From positions 1 through 32,365 of the forward strand of contig DATCEN010000365.1 of assembly GCA_036510015.1 (NCBI GenBank): a stretch of 32,365 nt of DNA, given 5' to 3'. The first letter of the stretch is position 1, and each line of letters starts with the position of its first letter. The notes beneath the pieces were generated by a model. It had not been told where the DNA came from. It saw only the letters and a program-made list of their open reading frames with translations, and did not search any database. Origin of the DNA: Aestuariivirga sp. (GTDB taxonomy: Bacteria; Pseudomonadota; Alphaproteobacteria; Rhizobiales; Aestuariivirgaceae). Shown one piece after another: positions 1 through 9,417 of the stretch. A program made the translations under genes and the position numbers.

Positions 1-22
1 CTCCATCGACGCTACGAAATTC

Positions 23-55
23 GAAACCCCGGGCGCGAGCTCGGGGTTTTCTTTT
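23..55 (+). terminator. Rho-independent terminator, probably bidirectional (serves an upstream + strand gene outside the window and cysA)
   Basis: GAAACCCCGGGC-GCGA-GCTCGGGGTTTTCTTTT: GC-rich stem with one G-U pair, a GNRA tetraloop and a U-tract. It abuts the cysA stop codon (54-56). Confidence 0.85.
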
Positions 56-857
56 ATCCCTCAGCCCCCATGAATTTGCTATGCGAGCGCAAATCTCTGA
101 CATTGCTTGCTGCGACATTCATATCGCTCAGAAAGTCCTGCACAAATGAACTTGCCGGGCGCGCGGCCACGCTGCGCGGCGTTCCAATCTGCTCAATGCG
201 TCCTTGGTTGAGAATGGCTACACGATCCGCCAATTCAAAGGCCTCATCCTGATCATGGGTGACGAAGATTGTCGTGTGGCCGGTTTGCTTGTGCAGGTCC
301 CGCAGCCACTGGCGCAACTCTTTCCTGATCTTGGCGTCTAATGCGCCAAAGGGCTCATCCAGAAGCAACACGCGAGGTTCAATCGCAAGCGCACGGGCCA
401 AGGCCACGCGCTGGCGTTGGCCGCCAGACAGCTGCGTGGGGTAGCGTTTCTCCAATCCATCAAGCTGTACCAGTTTGAGCAGGTCGAAAACCCGCGCCCG
501 AATATCAACTTCATTTGGCCGCTGGCTGCGTGGCCGCGCCCGTAGCCCGAAGGCGATGTTGTTTTCCACGGTCATGTGTCGAAATAACGCGTAATTTTGA
601 AATACAAAGCCGATGCGCCGTTCGCGAAGCGAAAGTTGGTTCGCATCGATGTCGCCAAACAGAATTTGGCCGGCGTCCTGAAACTCAAGCCCTGCTATGG
701 TGCGCAACAGTGTTGTTTTGCCCGAACCAGAGGGGCCGAGCAAAGCCAGCAGTTCTCCCGCCTCAACGGTGAGCGAGACATTATGCAAAACACTTTGTTG
801 GCGAAAATTCTTAGCAATGTTTTGGATGTGAACAGCAACAGACATGGGAGACCTCAT
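54..857 (-). CDS. cysA: Sulfate ABC transporter ATP-binding subunit (short form, no C-terminal TOBE domain)
   Basis: Walker [50 protein letters not shown]. Start placed at the ATGA overlap with the cysW stop (alternative ATG at 845). Confidence 0.93.
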   Translation of the reverse strand: MRSPMSVAVHIQNIAKNFRQQSVLHNVSLTVEAGELLALLGPSGSGKTTLLRTIAGLEFQDAGQILFGDIDANQLSLRERRIGFVFQNYALFRHMTVENNIAFGLRARPRSQRPNEVDIRARVFDLLKLVQLDGLEKRYPTQLSGGQRQRVALARALAIEPRVLLLDEPFGALDAKIRKELRQWLRDLHKQTGHTTIFVTHDQDEAFELADRVAILNQGRIEQIGTPRSVAARPASSFVQDFLSDMNVAASNVRDLRSHSKFMGAEG

Positions 858-1699
858 TGTTTTCGGGATGCAGCCAGCTGATCGGCATGGCGCCATTCCA
901 GAATGGTTTTGAGAATAAGTGTGACAAGGGCAAGGCTTGCAAGAAGCGTGGCCACCGCAAAGGCCGCGGCGAAATTGTATTCATTGTAGAGAATCTCGAC
1001 CTGCAGAGGCAGGGTATTGGTCAGTCCGCGGATATGCCCGGAGACAACCGAGACGGCGCCAAATTCGCCCATGGCGCGGGCATTGCACAGCAACACGCCG
1101 TAAAGGAGTGCCCATTTGATGTTGGGCAGTGTCACATGCCAGAACGTATAAAGCCCAGACGCCCCCAAAGACAGGCCGGCTGCTTCTTCATCTGTTCCTT
1201 GCGCTTGCATGAGGGGGATAACTTCGCGCGCCACAAAAGGAAATGTAACAAAGGTTGTGGCAAGCACAATGCCAGGCAAAGCAAAAATGATGTCCAGATG
1301 ATTGGCTTTTGCCCATGGCCCAAGCCAACCCTGCGCGCCAAAAAGCAGCACATACACAAGGCCAGAAATAACTGGAGAAACCGAAAAGGGCAAATCAATC
1401 AGTGACAGAAGAAGGGTCTTTCCAGCGAAGTTGAACTTCGTGACACTCCATGCCGCACACACCCCCACCAGGGCATTAAACGGCACGGCAATGGCCGCCA
1501 CCGTGAGAGTCAGGCACAGAGCCGCGAGAGTTTCAGAATCATGCAGCGCCGAAAGGTAAGTGCCAAGACCTTTGCGCAAGGCTTCCGAAAAGACGATCAC
1601 CAGCGGCAGAAAGATGATGAGCGCCAGGAAGGCAAGGCTGATGCCGATCAAACCCCAGCGGACGAAATAGCTCTCGCTGATGGGATCACGTTTCGCCAT
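854..1699 (-). CDS. cysW: Sulfate ABC transporter permease CysW
   Basis: [55 protein letters not shown]; operon context. Confidence 0.95.
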   Translation of the reverse strand: MAKRDPISESYFVRWGLIGISLAFLALIIFLPLVIVFSEALRKGLGTYLSALHDSETLAALCLTLTVAAIAVPFNALVGVCAAWSVTKFNFAGKTLLLSLIDLPFSVSPVISGLVYVLLFGAQGWLGPWAKANHLDIIFALPGIVLATTFVTFPFVAREVIPLMQAQGTDEEAAGLSLGASGLYTFWHVTLPNIKWALLYGVLLCNARAMGEFGAVSVVSGHIRGLTNTLPLQVEILYNEYNFAAAFAVATLLASLALVTLILKTILEWRHADQLAASRKQ

Positions 1700-2537
1700 G
1701 TCGAGCCCACAAAATGGATTGAAGTTTATTGGCAGAAAACAAAATCAGCAGCGAAATCGCAAGCGTCACTGTCGCAATCACTGTGGCCCCCGCATAATCA
1801 AATTCCTCAAGCTTAATCACAATGAGCAAGGGGGCAATTTCCGAAACAAAGGGAATGTTTCCGGCAATGAAAATAACCGATCCATATTCTCCTACCGCGC
1901 GGGCAAAGGCCAGCATGGTACCCGTCAGAAGTGCGGGATAAACGGCAGGCAAAATCACCTGACTGATGGTCCGCCACCGATTTGCGCCCAAAAGCGCGGA
2001 GGCTTCTTCCACGTCGCGTTGGTCCTCTGCCAATACGGGCTGAACACTACGCACAACAAATGGCAGGCCGACGAAAATCAGGGCAAGCGAAACACCAAGC
2101 GGCGTGAAGGCAATTTTCATTCCGGCCTTGGCGGCAAGTGCACCAATCCAGCCATTCGGCGCATAAAGTGTTGCCAATGCAATGCCTGCCACGGCTGTAG
2201 GCAAGGCGAAAGGCAGATCAATCGCCGCATCAATCAATCGGCGGCCAGGAAATTCATATCGCACCAGAACCCAGGCAATCAGGAGGCCGAACGCGGCGTC
2301 CACCAATGCTGCAATGGCCGCCGCACCGAACGAGAGGCGCAAGGCGGAGAGCACACGCGCACTTGTGGCAATCTCGTAAAACGCTGATGGCCCAACACTG
2401 GCGGCTTTCAAAACCAACGCCGTCAGCGGAATGAAAACAATCAGGGCAAGGGCCAACAACGTGAAGCCAAGCGTCACCCCGAAGCCCGGGATGACGCTTG
2501 GACTTTTCAAGCGCGGGAGGATTAGCGCCGAAGTCAT
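1686..2537 (-). CDS. cysT: Sulfate ABC transporter permease CysT (CysU)
   Basis: PSVIPGFG, AWVLVRYEFPGR, DLPFALPTAVAGIAL, GEYGSVIFIAGN; operon context. Confidence 0.95.
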   Translation of the reverse strand: MTSALILPRLKSPSVIPGFGVTLGFTLLALALIVFIPLTALVLKAASVGPSAFYEIATSARVLSALRLSFGAAAIAALVDAAFGLLIAWVLVRYEFPGRRLIDAAIDLPFALPTAVAGIALATLYAPNGWIGALAAKAGMKIAFTPLGVSLALIFVGLPFVVRSVQPVLAEDQRDVEEASALLGANRWRTISQVILPAVYPALLTGTMLAFARAVGEYGSVIFIAGNIPFVSEIAPLLIVIKLEEFDYAGATVIATVTLAISLLILFSANKLQSILWARHGET

Positions 2538-3569
2538 TTAGTTAGCAGGCTTGTAGATTTGGTCAAAGACGCCACCATCAGCGAAGAATTTTTCCTGTGC
2601 CTTGCCCCAGCCGCCAAAGTCCTTATCAATGGAAACGAGTTCAATTTTTGGCAGCTTGGCCAGATCAGTGGGGTCGGCGGCGGATGGGTCAGAAGGCCGG
2701 TAATGCAAATGCGCCGCAATCTTTTGGGCCGGGGCCGTGAAGAGATAGTCCAGATAGGCTTGCGCCTGCTTTTGGGTGTTGTTGGATTTCACATTTTCAT
2801 CGACCAGCGCCACTGGTGTTTCGGCATTGATCGAGACGGAGGGATAGACGATCTCAAACTTGTCGGTGCCAAATTCATCCAGCGCAAGCCATGCGTCGCT
2901 TTCCCACGAAATCAGCACATCGCCAATGCCGCGCTCCGCAAACGTAGTGGTGGAACCGCGGGCACCCGTATCAAGCACCGGCACATTCTTGTATAGAGCC
3001 GAAATGAAGTTCTTGTTTTTGGCCTCATCACCACCGTAGGTCTTATTGGCCCAAGCCCAAGCGGCAAGGAAGTTCCAGCGTGCACCACCAGATGTTTTCG
3101 GGTTTGGCGTGATCACTTGCGTACCAACCTTGGCAAGGTCGCCCCAATCCTTGATGCCTTTGGGGTTGCCCTTTTTGACCAAGAACACAATGGTAGAATT
3201 AAATGGTGTTGAGTTATGCGGCAGGCGTTTGGCCCAATCCTGGGGCAAAAGCTTGGTCTTAGCGGCGATGGTATCAACGTCGCCAGCCAGAGCCAGTGTC
3301 ACCACATCGGCTTTCAACCCGTCAATCACGGCGCGCGTTTGTTTGCCCGAGCCGCCGTGCGATTGGTTGATGGTGACAATCTCACCAGTCTTGGCCTTCC
3401 AGTCGGCTGCAAAAGCTTCGTTGATGGCTTTGTAGAGCTCGCGCGTGGGGTCATATGAAACATTCAAGAGGCTTGTATCAGCAAACGCCGCTGCTGCTGA
3501 CAACGATAAAGCAAGGCTCGGGCCGGCAAGGGCTGGGAACCAGTTGCGGTGTGAAATTGAAAAACGCAT
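2538..3569 (-). CDS. sbp: Periplasmic sulfate/thiosulfate-binding protein (Sbp/CysP family)
   Basis: Signal peptide, [49 protein letters not shown] at 3569 is preceded by AAAGGA. Confidence 0.93.
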   Translation of the reverse strand: MRFSISHRNWFPALAGPSLALSLSAAAAFADTSLLNVSYDPTRELYKAINEAFAADWKAKTGEIVTINQSHGGSGKQTRAVIDGLKADVVTLALAGDVDTIAAKTKLLPQDWAKRLPHNSTPFNSTIVFLVKKGNPKGIKDWGDLAKVGTQVITPNPKTSGGARWNFLAAWAWANKTYGGDEAKNKNFISALYKNVPVLDTGARGSTTTFAERGIGDVLISWESDAWLALDEFGTDKFEIVYPSVSINAETPVALVDENVKSNNTQKQAQAYLDYLFTAPAQKIAAHLHYRPSDPSAADPTDLAKLPKIELVSIDKDFGGWGKAQEKFFADGGVFDQIYKPAN

Positions 3570-3597
3570 GGAGTAATTCCTTTCATTGAACGATTTC

Positions 3598-3625
3598 ATA
3601 CTATACTAAGTTAGTATAGATTCAA
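3598..3625 (-). promoter_or_regulatory. Putative sbp-cysTWA promoter with a perfect 9-1-9 palindromic operator in the spacer
   Basis: CTATACTAA-G-TTAGTATAG at 3601-3619. On the minus strand, TTGAAT (3625-3620)-N16-TAGTAT (3603-3598). Confidence 0.7.
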
Positions 3626-3693
3626 GTGAATTGTTCGTTTTAACGAACGATTTTTGAATTTCGTTCTTTTTCAACCTCTTGAGCTTTAGGTAT

Positions 3694-4122
3694 TTAGGCC
3701 AGCGGCACCTGATCGGCCAACAATTGCGCCAATGTGGTGGATTCAAGTCTGGCCAAATAGTCGGCATAAGGCTGGTGGAACGCGCGGCGGATCTCACAAG
3801 ATGCCTCGTCACGGCAATCTTCACACTTGCGGTAGGCCGTGCGCGAAAGGCAGGGCAACGGCGCAATTGGCCCATCAACGAGGCGCAAAAGCGGCCCGAT
3901 ATGGATCAAATCAGCGGGCTTGAGCAGCTCATAGCCACCTTCGCGTCCGCGCCGACTGGAAATGTAACCCGCTGTTCGCAACGTTGTCAAAATCTGCTCA
4001 ATGAATTTGCGTGGCAGCTTTTCCTGCTCACACAACTCGCGAATATTCAGACCTTGTCCAGGCTTTGCCTTAGCAAGGGCCACAATGGCTTTAAAAGCGT
4101 AGCGTGCGCGCTGGGATATCAT
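3694..4122 (-). CDS. Rrf2-family transcriptional regulator (CymR/IscR-like) with C-terminal Cys cluster
   Basis: MISQRARYAFKA, wHTH KFIEQILTTL...SRRGREGGYEL, DGPIAPLPCLS...CEDC...SC. Start set at the family-typical MISQR. Confidence 0.92.
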   Translation of the reverse strand: MISQRARYAFKAIVALAKAKPGQGLNIRELCEQEKLPRKFIEQILTTLRTAGYISSRRGREGGYELLKPADLIHIGPLLRLVDGPIAPLPCLSRTAYRKCEDCRDEASCEIRRAFHQPYADYLARLESTTLAQLLADQVPLA

Positions 4123-4157
4123 ACCAATCTTGTAGGCATTCCAGCGGATAAAAGCAA
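4120..4157 (-). promoter_or_regulatory. Putative leaderless rrf2 promoter with an overlapping degenerate operator
   Basis: TTGCTT-N17-TACAAG-N6-ATG with no SD. TAC-N7-GTA at 4122-4134 matches the core of the 3601-3619 palindrome. Confidence 0.5.
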
Positions 4158-4222
4158 ATGTTCCCATTCAATAGCCAGTCCACTTCCCCTCCTCTCCACT
4201 CTCCCCTAAAGCCCCCATCATC

Positions 4223-5845
4223 ATGATCCGCATTGACTCCATCTCCAAACAAAACGGCCATCAGCTTGTGTTCGTCGAAGCTTCGGCTGCATTAAACCGC
4301 GGCGAGAAAATTGGCCTCGTCGGCCCCAATGGTGCTGGCAAAACCACGCTGTTCCGCCTCATCACTGGCCGCGAAGAAGCCGATGAGGGCGTGGTCTCCA
4401 CTGATAAAGGCATCACCATTGGTTACTTCAGCCAAGACGTGGGCGAAATGGCCGGGCGCTCTGCTGTGGATGAAGTGATGGAGGGCGCTGGCCCGATAGC
4501 AGCCGTGGCGGCCGAGTTGAAATCCCTCGAAGACGCGATGGCAGACCCCGCCCGCATGAATGAGATGGACGAAATCATCGCGCATTATGGCGAAGTGCAG
4601 GCGCAGTTTGAAAAGCTTGATGGCTATGCCCAGGAAGCCCGCGCGCGTGAAGTTTTGAGCGGCCTCAGCTTCAGCCAAGAGATGATGAATGGCGATGTGG
4701 GCAAACTTTCTGGCGGATGGAAAATGCGTGTGGCCTTGGCGCGTATTTTACTGATGCGGCCTGATGCTATGCTGCTGGACGAGCCTTCCAACCATTTGGA
4801 TCTCGAAAGCCTGATCTGGCTGGAAAACTTCCTCAAAACTTATGACGGCATGTTGTTGATGACATCGCATGACCGTGAATTTATGAACCGCATCGTTACC
4901 AAAATTATCGAGATCGATGGCGGCGAACTCACGTCTTATTCCGGCGATTATGAATTCTATGAAGCCCAACGCGCACTTGCCGAAAAGCAACAGCAAGCTT
5001 CGTTTGAACGCCAGCAGGCGATGTTGGCCAAGGAGCTCAAATTTATCGAACGCTTCAAAGCCCGCGCGTCTCACGCCGCCCAAGTGCAAAGCCGCGTGAA
5101 GAAACTGGAAAAAATTGAACGCGTTGAAATGCCCAAACGCCGTGTGACAGTAGATTTTGATTTCGCCCCAGCTCCGCGTTCTGGAGAAGACGTGGCCATG
5201 CTCAGCGCTGTTCACAAAGGCTATGGCTCTAAACAAATTTACGCTGATTTGGATTTTCAAATCCGCCGCAAAGAGCGCTGGTGCATCATGGGCATCAATG
5301 GCGCAGGCAAATCCACTCTGCTGAAATTGATCGCTGGTGCGGCAGAGCCAGACCAAGGCAGCGTGAACATCGGCGCATCAGTGAAGATGGGATACTTCGC
5401 CCAACATGCAATGGAATTGCTGGACGGCGAACACACGGTGTTCCAGTCACTCGAACACGCTTTCCCGCAAGCCACGCAAGGATCGCTTCGCGCATTGGCA
5501 GGGGCCTTTGGTTTTTCCGGCGATGATGTGGAGAAAAAATGCCGCGTCTTATCTGGCGGCGAAAAGGCCCGTTTGGTGATGGCGCAGATGCTTTATGATC
5601 CGCCAAATTTTCTGGTGTTGGATGAGCCCACGAACCATCTCGATTTGCTCACCAAGGAAATGCTGATCAAGAAGTTGAGCGAATATGAAGGCACAATGTT
5701 GTTTGTGTCGCATGATCGCCACTTTCTAGCGGAGCTTTCCAACCGCGTATTAGAGTTGACCCCTGATGGCATCCACCAATATGGCGGCGGCTATACGGAA
5801 TATGTTGAACGCACCGGATATGAAGCGCCGGGGTTGCACATTTAA
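4223..5845 (+). CDS. ABC-F family ribosome-associated ATPase
   Basis: Two ABC domains (GPNGAGKT/LSGGWKMR/LLDEPSNHLD and GINGAGKS/LSGGEKAR/LDEPTNHLD), inter-domain linker FIERFKARASHAAQVQSRVK, no TM segments. Confidence 0.93.
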   Translation: MIRIDSISKQNGHQLVFVEASAALNRGEKIGLVGPNGAGKTTLFRLITGREEADEGVVSTDKGITIGYFSQDVGEMAGRSAVDEVMEGAGPIAAVAAELKSLEDAMADPARMNEMDEIIAHYGEVQAQFEKLDGYAQEARAREVLSGLSFSQEMMNGDVGKLSGGWKMRVALARILLMRPDAMLLDEPSNHLDLESLIWLENFLKTYDGMLLMTSHDREFMNRIVTKIIEIDGGELTSYSGDYEFYEAQRALAEKQQQASFERQQAMLAKELKFIERFKARASHAAQVQSRVKKLEKIERVEMPKRRVTVDFDFAPAPRSGEDVAMLSAVHKGYGSKQIYADLDFQIRRKERWCIMGINGAGKSTLLKLIAGAAEPDQGSVNIGASVKMGYFAQHAMELLDGEHTVFQSLEHAFPQATQGSLRALAGAFGFSGDDVEKKCRVLSGGEKARLVMAQMLYDPPNFLVLDEPTNHLDLLTKEMLIKKLSEYEGTMLFVSHDRHFLAELSNRVLELTPDGIHQYGGGYTEYVERTGYEAPGLHI

Positions 5846-5875
5846 AGTGTCACCCTTTCGCGGCAGCTTCCAACC

Positions 5876-6235
5876 CTAAACTGACCTACCATCGAAATGA
5901 CGAGAATTCAGTTGCCTCGGTTCAACACCGTCGAGGCAATTGACGTTGATGGCAGCAAACAATTTGTCTGAATTCGGTGGAATGCCGCGAGCAAAACTTT
6001 CAATCCCGCAGACCTTGCAGAAGAAGTGGTGAATGACGCCCTTGTTGAAAAGATATTCGGTCAGATGTTCGTCGCCTTCCAACAGTTTAAAACTTTCTTC
6101 AGACGTGAAAGCCAACACAGAACCCAAGCGTTGACAGCGTGAACAATTGCACGTCACCGTAGATGCGAGATCGACGTCGACTTCGTAACGCACCGCACCA
6201 CATTGGCAACCACCTGTATAATGTTGAAGCATCAT
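5876..6235 (-). CDS. GFA/CENP-V family Zn-binding protein
   Basis: GGCQCGAVRY, CNCSRC, HFFCKVCGI, AINVNCLD; SD GAGG upstream. Confidence 0.9.
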   Translation of the reverse strand: MMLQHYTGGCQCGAVRYEVDVDLASTVTCNCSRCQRLGSVLAFTSEESFKLLEGDEHLTEYLFNKGVIHHFFCKVCGIESFARGIPPNSDKLFAAINVNCLDGVEPRQLNSRHFDGRSV

Positions 6236-6329
6236 TATTTCCTCGTTTTAATTTTTCGCATTGGAAATCGGAGCGCCAAGCGACTATATGTTGTGTAGGC
6301 GTAATTTAGTGATGCTAAAGCATGCGGTG

Positions 6330-7199
6330 TTATGAGACGGAATCCTCTGCCAATACCCTTAAAAGCTCTTGCATGAAATGAGATGGGTGTTCTCGGTGTA
6401 CGGAGTGCCCACCTGGCATGCTCACGACCTCGTAACGATTCAAGTAGCACTTGCGTGCGCCCTCAAAGGCTGCGGGTGGGATTCCGCTGGTTCCGCAGAA
6501 AGCTATTGAAGGCACTGACACCTTTATCCTCTGTGCGGTGGTAGGGAGGCCCGGGCCGTTCACTGCACGGTAATAGCCCAGTGCCGCTTCTAGGCTGCCA
6601 GGTGTCTCGAACGATTTCTTGACTTCATCGGTTTCACCCAATGGAACATTCCAACCAGGCGACCAACGTTGTACCAGTGTGTCGAGATAGACCATGTTCT
6701 TGGCTTTTATCCGATCGGCTGCGTTTTTCCGAGAAAGCCAGAAATAGTGGCGGCAACCCCACATTACGAAGGGCCAAAAAAAGAATGGCATAAACGTGAG
6801 GCTCAACGGATGCGGGAGAGCCAGAGTGATGAGTTTACGAATTCGGCTAGGCATGAGCCCCACCGCAGAGAAAGCAGCGCTTGCCCCCCAATCGTGTCCG
6901 ACTAAAATCGCCTGCGTCTCACCCAGTGCCTCTATCAGAGCCAAAATATCACGGCCAAGTGTGTCGGCATCGAAAGCCTCTTCGCGCGGTATCTCTGTGG
7001 GCGCATATCCGCGAGTGAAAGGCGATACTGCTCGAAATCCGGCGGCGGCTAGAGCAGGCCGCACCTGATCCCAAGTATGTGCCGTGTCAGGAAAGCCATG
7101 GACGAGGAGTACCAAGGGGCCGGAGCCTTCTTCAAAATAGGCAAACTTCAGGCCATTTGCTTGGATATATTTCAGTTCAGGAATTGATATCGTGGTCAT
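6330..7199 (-). CDS. Alpha/beta-fold hydrolase, epoxide hydrolase-like
   Basis: LLVHGFPD oxyanion motif, RGYAPT, nucleophile elbow GHDWGA, ALGYYRA, C-terminal His in PGGHSVHRE. Confidence 0.88.
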   Translation of the reverse strand: MTTISIPELKYIQANGLKFAYFEEGSGPLVLLVHGFPDTAHTWDQVRPALAAAGFRAVSPFTRGYAPTEIPREEAFDADTLGRDILALIEALGETQAILVGHDWGASAAFSAVGLMPSRIRKLITLALPHPLSLTFMPFFFWPFVMWGCRHYFWLSRKNAADRIKAKNMVYLDTLVQRWSPGWNVPLGETDEVKKSFETPGSLEAALGYYRAVNGPGLPTTAQRIKVSVPSIAFCGTSGIPPAAFEGARKCYLNRYEVVSMPGGHSVHREHPSHFMQELLRVLAEDSVS

Positions 7200-7297
7200 A
7201 TAAAACTTTCGAAATAAAAGTTAATAAACGAATTACATGGGTATCGAGCTGCAGAGAGCAACACTAATTTTCATTGCTGAAATTATTTTCCTTCCTG

Positions 7298-8056
7298 TTA
7301 CCTCGTGTTAGACAGCAATGAGAAATGCGCGCTCTGTGGGTCAATTGCATTGACGGTCCACTGCCCGCCCGGCACCTCATGTGGCCCCATGACGATTTTG
7401 CCACCCGCCTTGGTGATGCGCGCAGCGGCAGCATCGATGCCATCCACGTTGAAATAATAATTCCAAGTTGGCTTTGGCGTGGAATCCATTTTTTTCATCA
7501 TGCCGCCCACATCTTTGCCGTCGATCTGGAACAACTGATAGTCACCGACTTCGCCCATCGGCATGGTGGCACCTTTGGCCCAGCCAAACAGCTTGGAATA
7601 AAAATCCCAAGCGACGTTGAGATCGCCCGCATGCAATTCATTCCAACCAACTGTGCCCACAGCGCCGGGCTTTGGCATGGGTCGTTGTTCGGTTGAGAGC
7701 GGCTTCATAACCATCAGGCCCGAACCCATCGGATCGCCGATCACGGCCATTCGCCCCACGTCTGGAACATCCCAAGCCTCTCTATAGATCTTGCCCCCGA
7801 GTTGGACCGCTTCTTTGCAGGTTGCATCAACATCTGGTGTGAAGACATAGCCCGTCCACACTGACGGCATGCCTTTCATTTCTGCCGGCGTATCCATAAT
7901 CCCACCCATTCCAACGCCATTTGCTGAGGCGACACTGTAAGTGGGCATCTGATTTGTGAAAGTCCAACCCACGACAGCGCCGTAAAATTTCTTCGCTGCT
8001 TCCGCGTCACTTGTCATCAAGTCATGCCAGATAAAGGGGCTTTGCATCTTGCTCAT
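7298..8056 (-). CDS. Two-domain VOC (glyoxalase/bleomycin-resistance) family protein
   Basis: FIWHDLMT...FYGAVVGW and GWNELHA...FYSKLFGW, GPHEVPGG..DPQ; SD GGAGG. Confidence 0.92.
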   Translation of the reverse strand: MSKMQSPFIWHDLMTSDAEAAKKFYGAVVGWTFTNQMPTYSVASANGVGMGGIMDTPAEMKGMPSVWTGYVFTPDVDATCKEAVQLGGKIYREAWDVPDVGRMAVIGDPMGSGLMVMKPLSTEQRPMPKPGAVGTVGWNELHAGDLNVAWDFYSKLFGWAKGATMPMGEVGDYQLFQIDGKDVGGMMKKMDSTPKPTWNYYFNVDGIDAAAARITKAGGKIVMGPHEVPGGQWTVNAIDPQSAHFSLLSNTR

Positions 8057-8072
8057 GATCGTCCTCCTGTAT

Positions 8073-8687
8073 TCAGTTGTTCAGTCCATCAAAGGGCGCG
8101 CGCCAGGCTGGCAATTTCATCAGTTGATTGTGCCAGCGCAGCATGTTTGGAAAATCCGCCAGCGGAATCTGCGCTTGCGCTGCAAAGGGTAAAGCTGAAG
8201 CCGCGCGGAAATCTGCATAAGATAGCTGACCTCCCACCAACCACTTTCTATCGGCAAGATAGTCATTCAACACAGCGGCGTGTTGCACGAAATTGCGCAG
8301 GCCTTCATCCAATTTTTCTTGCGGCGGCGCTTCGCTCATAAATGTTGGCCAAACCACACGGAAAAAATACAAGGGATCAGCTGCACGATTTAAATGATAC
8401 GTGGCCCAACTGATCCAGCGGATCATATCTGGCTGCTCATCACCCACACGCCAAAAATTAGATTTAGCAATTGCAGAAAGGCGACACACAATTGCATCTG
8501 TTTCCCAAAGTGTTTTGCCATTCTCTTCCAACACAGGCGCGAGAGCGTTGGGATTTAGCGCCTTGAACGCCTCCTTATGGGCAGGATGCTGCGGTTCAGA
8601 TAAAACAAATTCAACCGGAGACTTGAGATAGCGCGCCGCTGCCACGGCCACGCGCGGGTTAAGGTTTTGGGTATAGTAGAGTTTCAT
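8073..8687 (-). CDS. Glutathione S-transferase family protein
   Basis: MKLYY, ALNPNALAPVL..LWETDAI, WLVGGQLSYADF. An alternative TTG start at 8696 overlaps the tetR stop. Confidence 0.9.
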   Translation of the reverse strand: MKLYYTQNLNPRVAVAAARYLKSPVEFVLSEPQHPAHKEAFKALNPNALAPVLEENGKTLWETDAIVCRLSAIAKSNFWRVGDEQPDMIRWISWATYHLNRAADPLYFFRVVWPTFMSEAPPQEKLDEGLRNFVQHAAVLNDYLADRKWLVGGQLSYADFRAASALPFAAQAQIPLADFPNMLRWHNQLMKLPAWRAPFDGLNN

Positions 8688-8692
8688 GAACT

Positions 8693-9313
8693 TCAATCCT
8701 CCTTGGCGTGATGAAACAACAACTCAATATAACGGCGCAGATGCAAAATCATGTCAGCGGCCAGCGTCACATCATTTTTTGCTTTTGCTAAAACGAAAGC
8801 GCCCTGAATGACCGCCTGTGTGTAAAGCCCCAAGTTTTCGACGTTCCAACTTGCATGCGGTGCGTGCCGCGCTTTGGCCGCAGCAATCATCTTGCTCACT
8901 TCTGCGGCGTGAAAGTGAATGCCCTCATAACAGGCATCGCGAATAGCCGGACTCGTTTCAAATTTCTCCTGCACCATGGTGCCAAGCAAACAGGTGCATT
9001 CTGGCAATGTGCTCCCATGCACAAGCTGAAGACGAAAATCCACATAGCCGATCAGTTGATCCAATGGGTCTTCAAACCTGTTGTATTCAGCTTTTGCGAA
9101 AAGCTGTGCGGCATTTTCAGTCCAGAACTGTGTGGCAGCAATGGCCAGTTCGTCCTTGCTTTTGAAATGATGAAAGAACGCGCCCTTGGTCACGCCCACA
9201 CTTTCGCAAAGACTGTCAACCGATGTGGCATCATAGCCCTTTTCGCGCACCAGCTGCACGGCCGCAGCCAGTAGTTTTTCGCGCGCATTAGGGCGAGTTT
9301 GAGTTTGCGTCAT
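8693..9313 (-). CDS. TetR/AcrR family regulator, NemR-like
   Basis: N-terminal HTH KGYDATSVD...GVTKGAFFHHFKSKDEL, CTCLLG, IQGAFVLAKA. Confidence 0.92.
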   Translation of the reverse strand: MTQTQTRPNAREKLLAAAVQLVREKGYDATSVDSLCESVGVTKGAFFHHFKSKDELAIAATQFWTENAAQLFAKAEYNRFEDPLDQLIGYVDFRLQLVHGSTLPECTCLLGTMVQEKFETSPAIRDACYEGIHFHAAEVSKMIAAAKARHAPHASWNVENLGLYTQAVIQGAFVLAKAKNDVTLAADMILHLRRYIELLFHHAKED

Positions 9314-9348
9314 AGGTGAGCATTACCAACCAGTTGGTATGTTGTCGA
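9314..9348 (-). promoter_or_regulatory. TetR autoregulatory operator within a putative leaderless promoter
   Basis: Perfect palindrome TACCAAC-CA-GTTGGTA (9324-9339) lying across the spacer and -10 of TCGACA-N17-TAATGC-N6-ATG. Confidence 0.72.
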
Positions 9349-9417
9349 GTCAAAATTCTAACAAGTGCTCAACACATGCCTAAATAAAAACCCTATGCAG
9401 GCGGAAAACGCCGTTGT

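Noticed and set aside
3633-3648. Inverted repeat GTTCGTT-TT-AACGAAC between rrf2 and sbp
   Set aside because: Weak stem, no proper U-tract on the coding strand, and not the alphaproteobacterial LexA direct repeat (GTTC-N7-GTTC). No function can be supported.
9381-9413. Short hairpins downstream of the tailed VOC gene
   Set aside because: Stems of only 3-4 bp are too weak to call a terminator.
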